Part shown: positions 63,977-64,000 of the stretch, piece by piece
Numbering within the stretch: the first letter of the stretch is position 1
Layout of the letters: every line of letters starts with the position of its first letter
Assembly: GCA_035499355.1 (NCBI GenBank)
Contig: DATJYZ010000098.1
Span: 437 to 64,436 of the forward strand
DNA from: Burkholderiaceae bacterium
Lineage (GTDB): Bacteria; Pseudomonadota; Gammaproteobacteria; Burkholderiales; Burkholderiaceae_C
Direction of reading: 5' to 3'
Length of the DNA stretch: 64,000 nucleotides
The notes under the pieces: generated by a model
What the model was told of the DNA's origin: nothing
Seen by the model: only the letters and a program-made list of their open reading frames with translations
The model's database searches: none
Translations under genes and position numbers: made by a program

Positions 63977-64000
63977 GACTGGTGGTGCCCTCAGAGCGCC

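Overview
This is a 64-kb, very GC-rich (about 70% by eye), densely packed chromosomal segment. Its gene content looks betaproteobacterial and Burkholderiales-like: orphan Bug/TctC binding proteins, PhaR/BdhA, dapA-bamC, and a split parE...parC. All calls come from reading the supplied ORF translations and the DNA, with no database searches. I support 54 CDS, 2 tRNAs (Gly-CCC, Val-GAC), a dispersed REP-like palindromic repeat family (3 clear copies plus 1 related), and a few hairpins and operator-like inverted repeats. Most genes are housekeeping: topoisomerase IV, alaS, dut, coaBC, dapA, fumC, relA, rimO, trmB, uppP, waaA, metC, ompR/envZ. I found no transposase, integrase, prophage, CRISPR array, toxin-antitoxin pair, secretion system, biosynthetic cluster or recognisable defence gene, and neither tRNA flanks an island. 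I therefore do not see a convincing entirely new multi-gene system. The best leads are:
1. The REP-like repeat family, which shows compensatory stem changes and has one copy wedged between ompR and envZ.
2. A tiny, apparently well-signalled Ala/Pro-rich lipoprotein ending in Lys-Lys, possibly a Braun-lipoprotein analogue.
3. An uncharacterised ORF that overlaps a RoxA-like ribosomal oxygenase gene by 11 nt.
4. A flavoprotein-ferredoxin fusion coupled to korAB.
5. A doubly degenerate REC-GGDEF protein that keeps its I-site.
6. A Tat-exported DUF1800/DUF1501 pair next to a TetR-PIMT-like-TolC block.
7. An alpha/beta hydrolase coupled to relA amid PHB genes.

The many long antisense and out-of-frame ORFs in the track are high-GC shadow ORFs. 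Start codons are my best choice and may be off by a few codons, because the track includes GTG and TTG starts.
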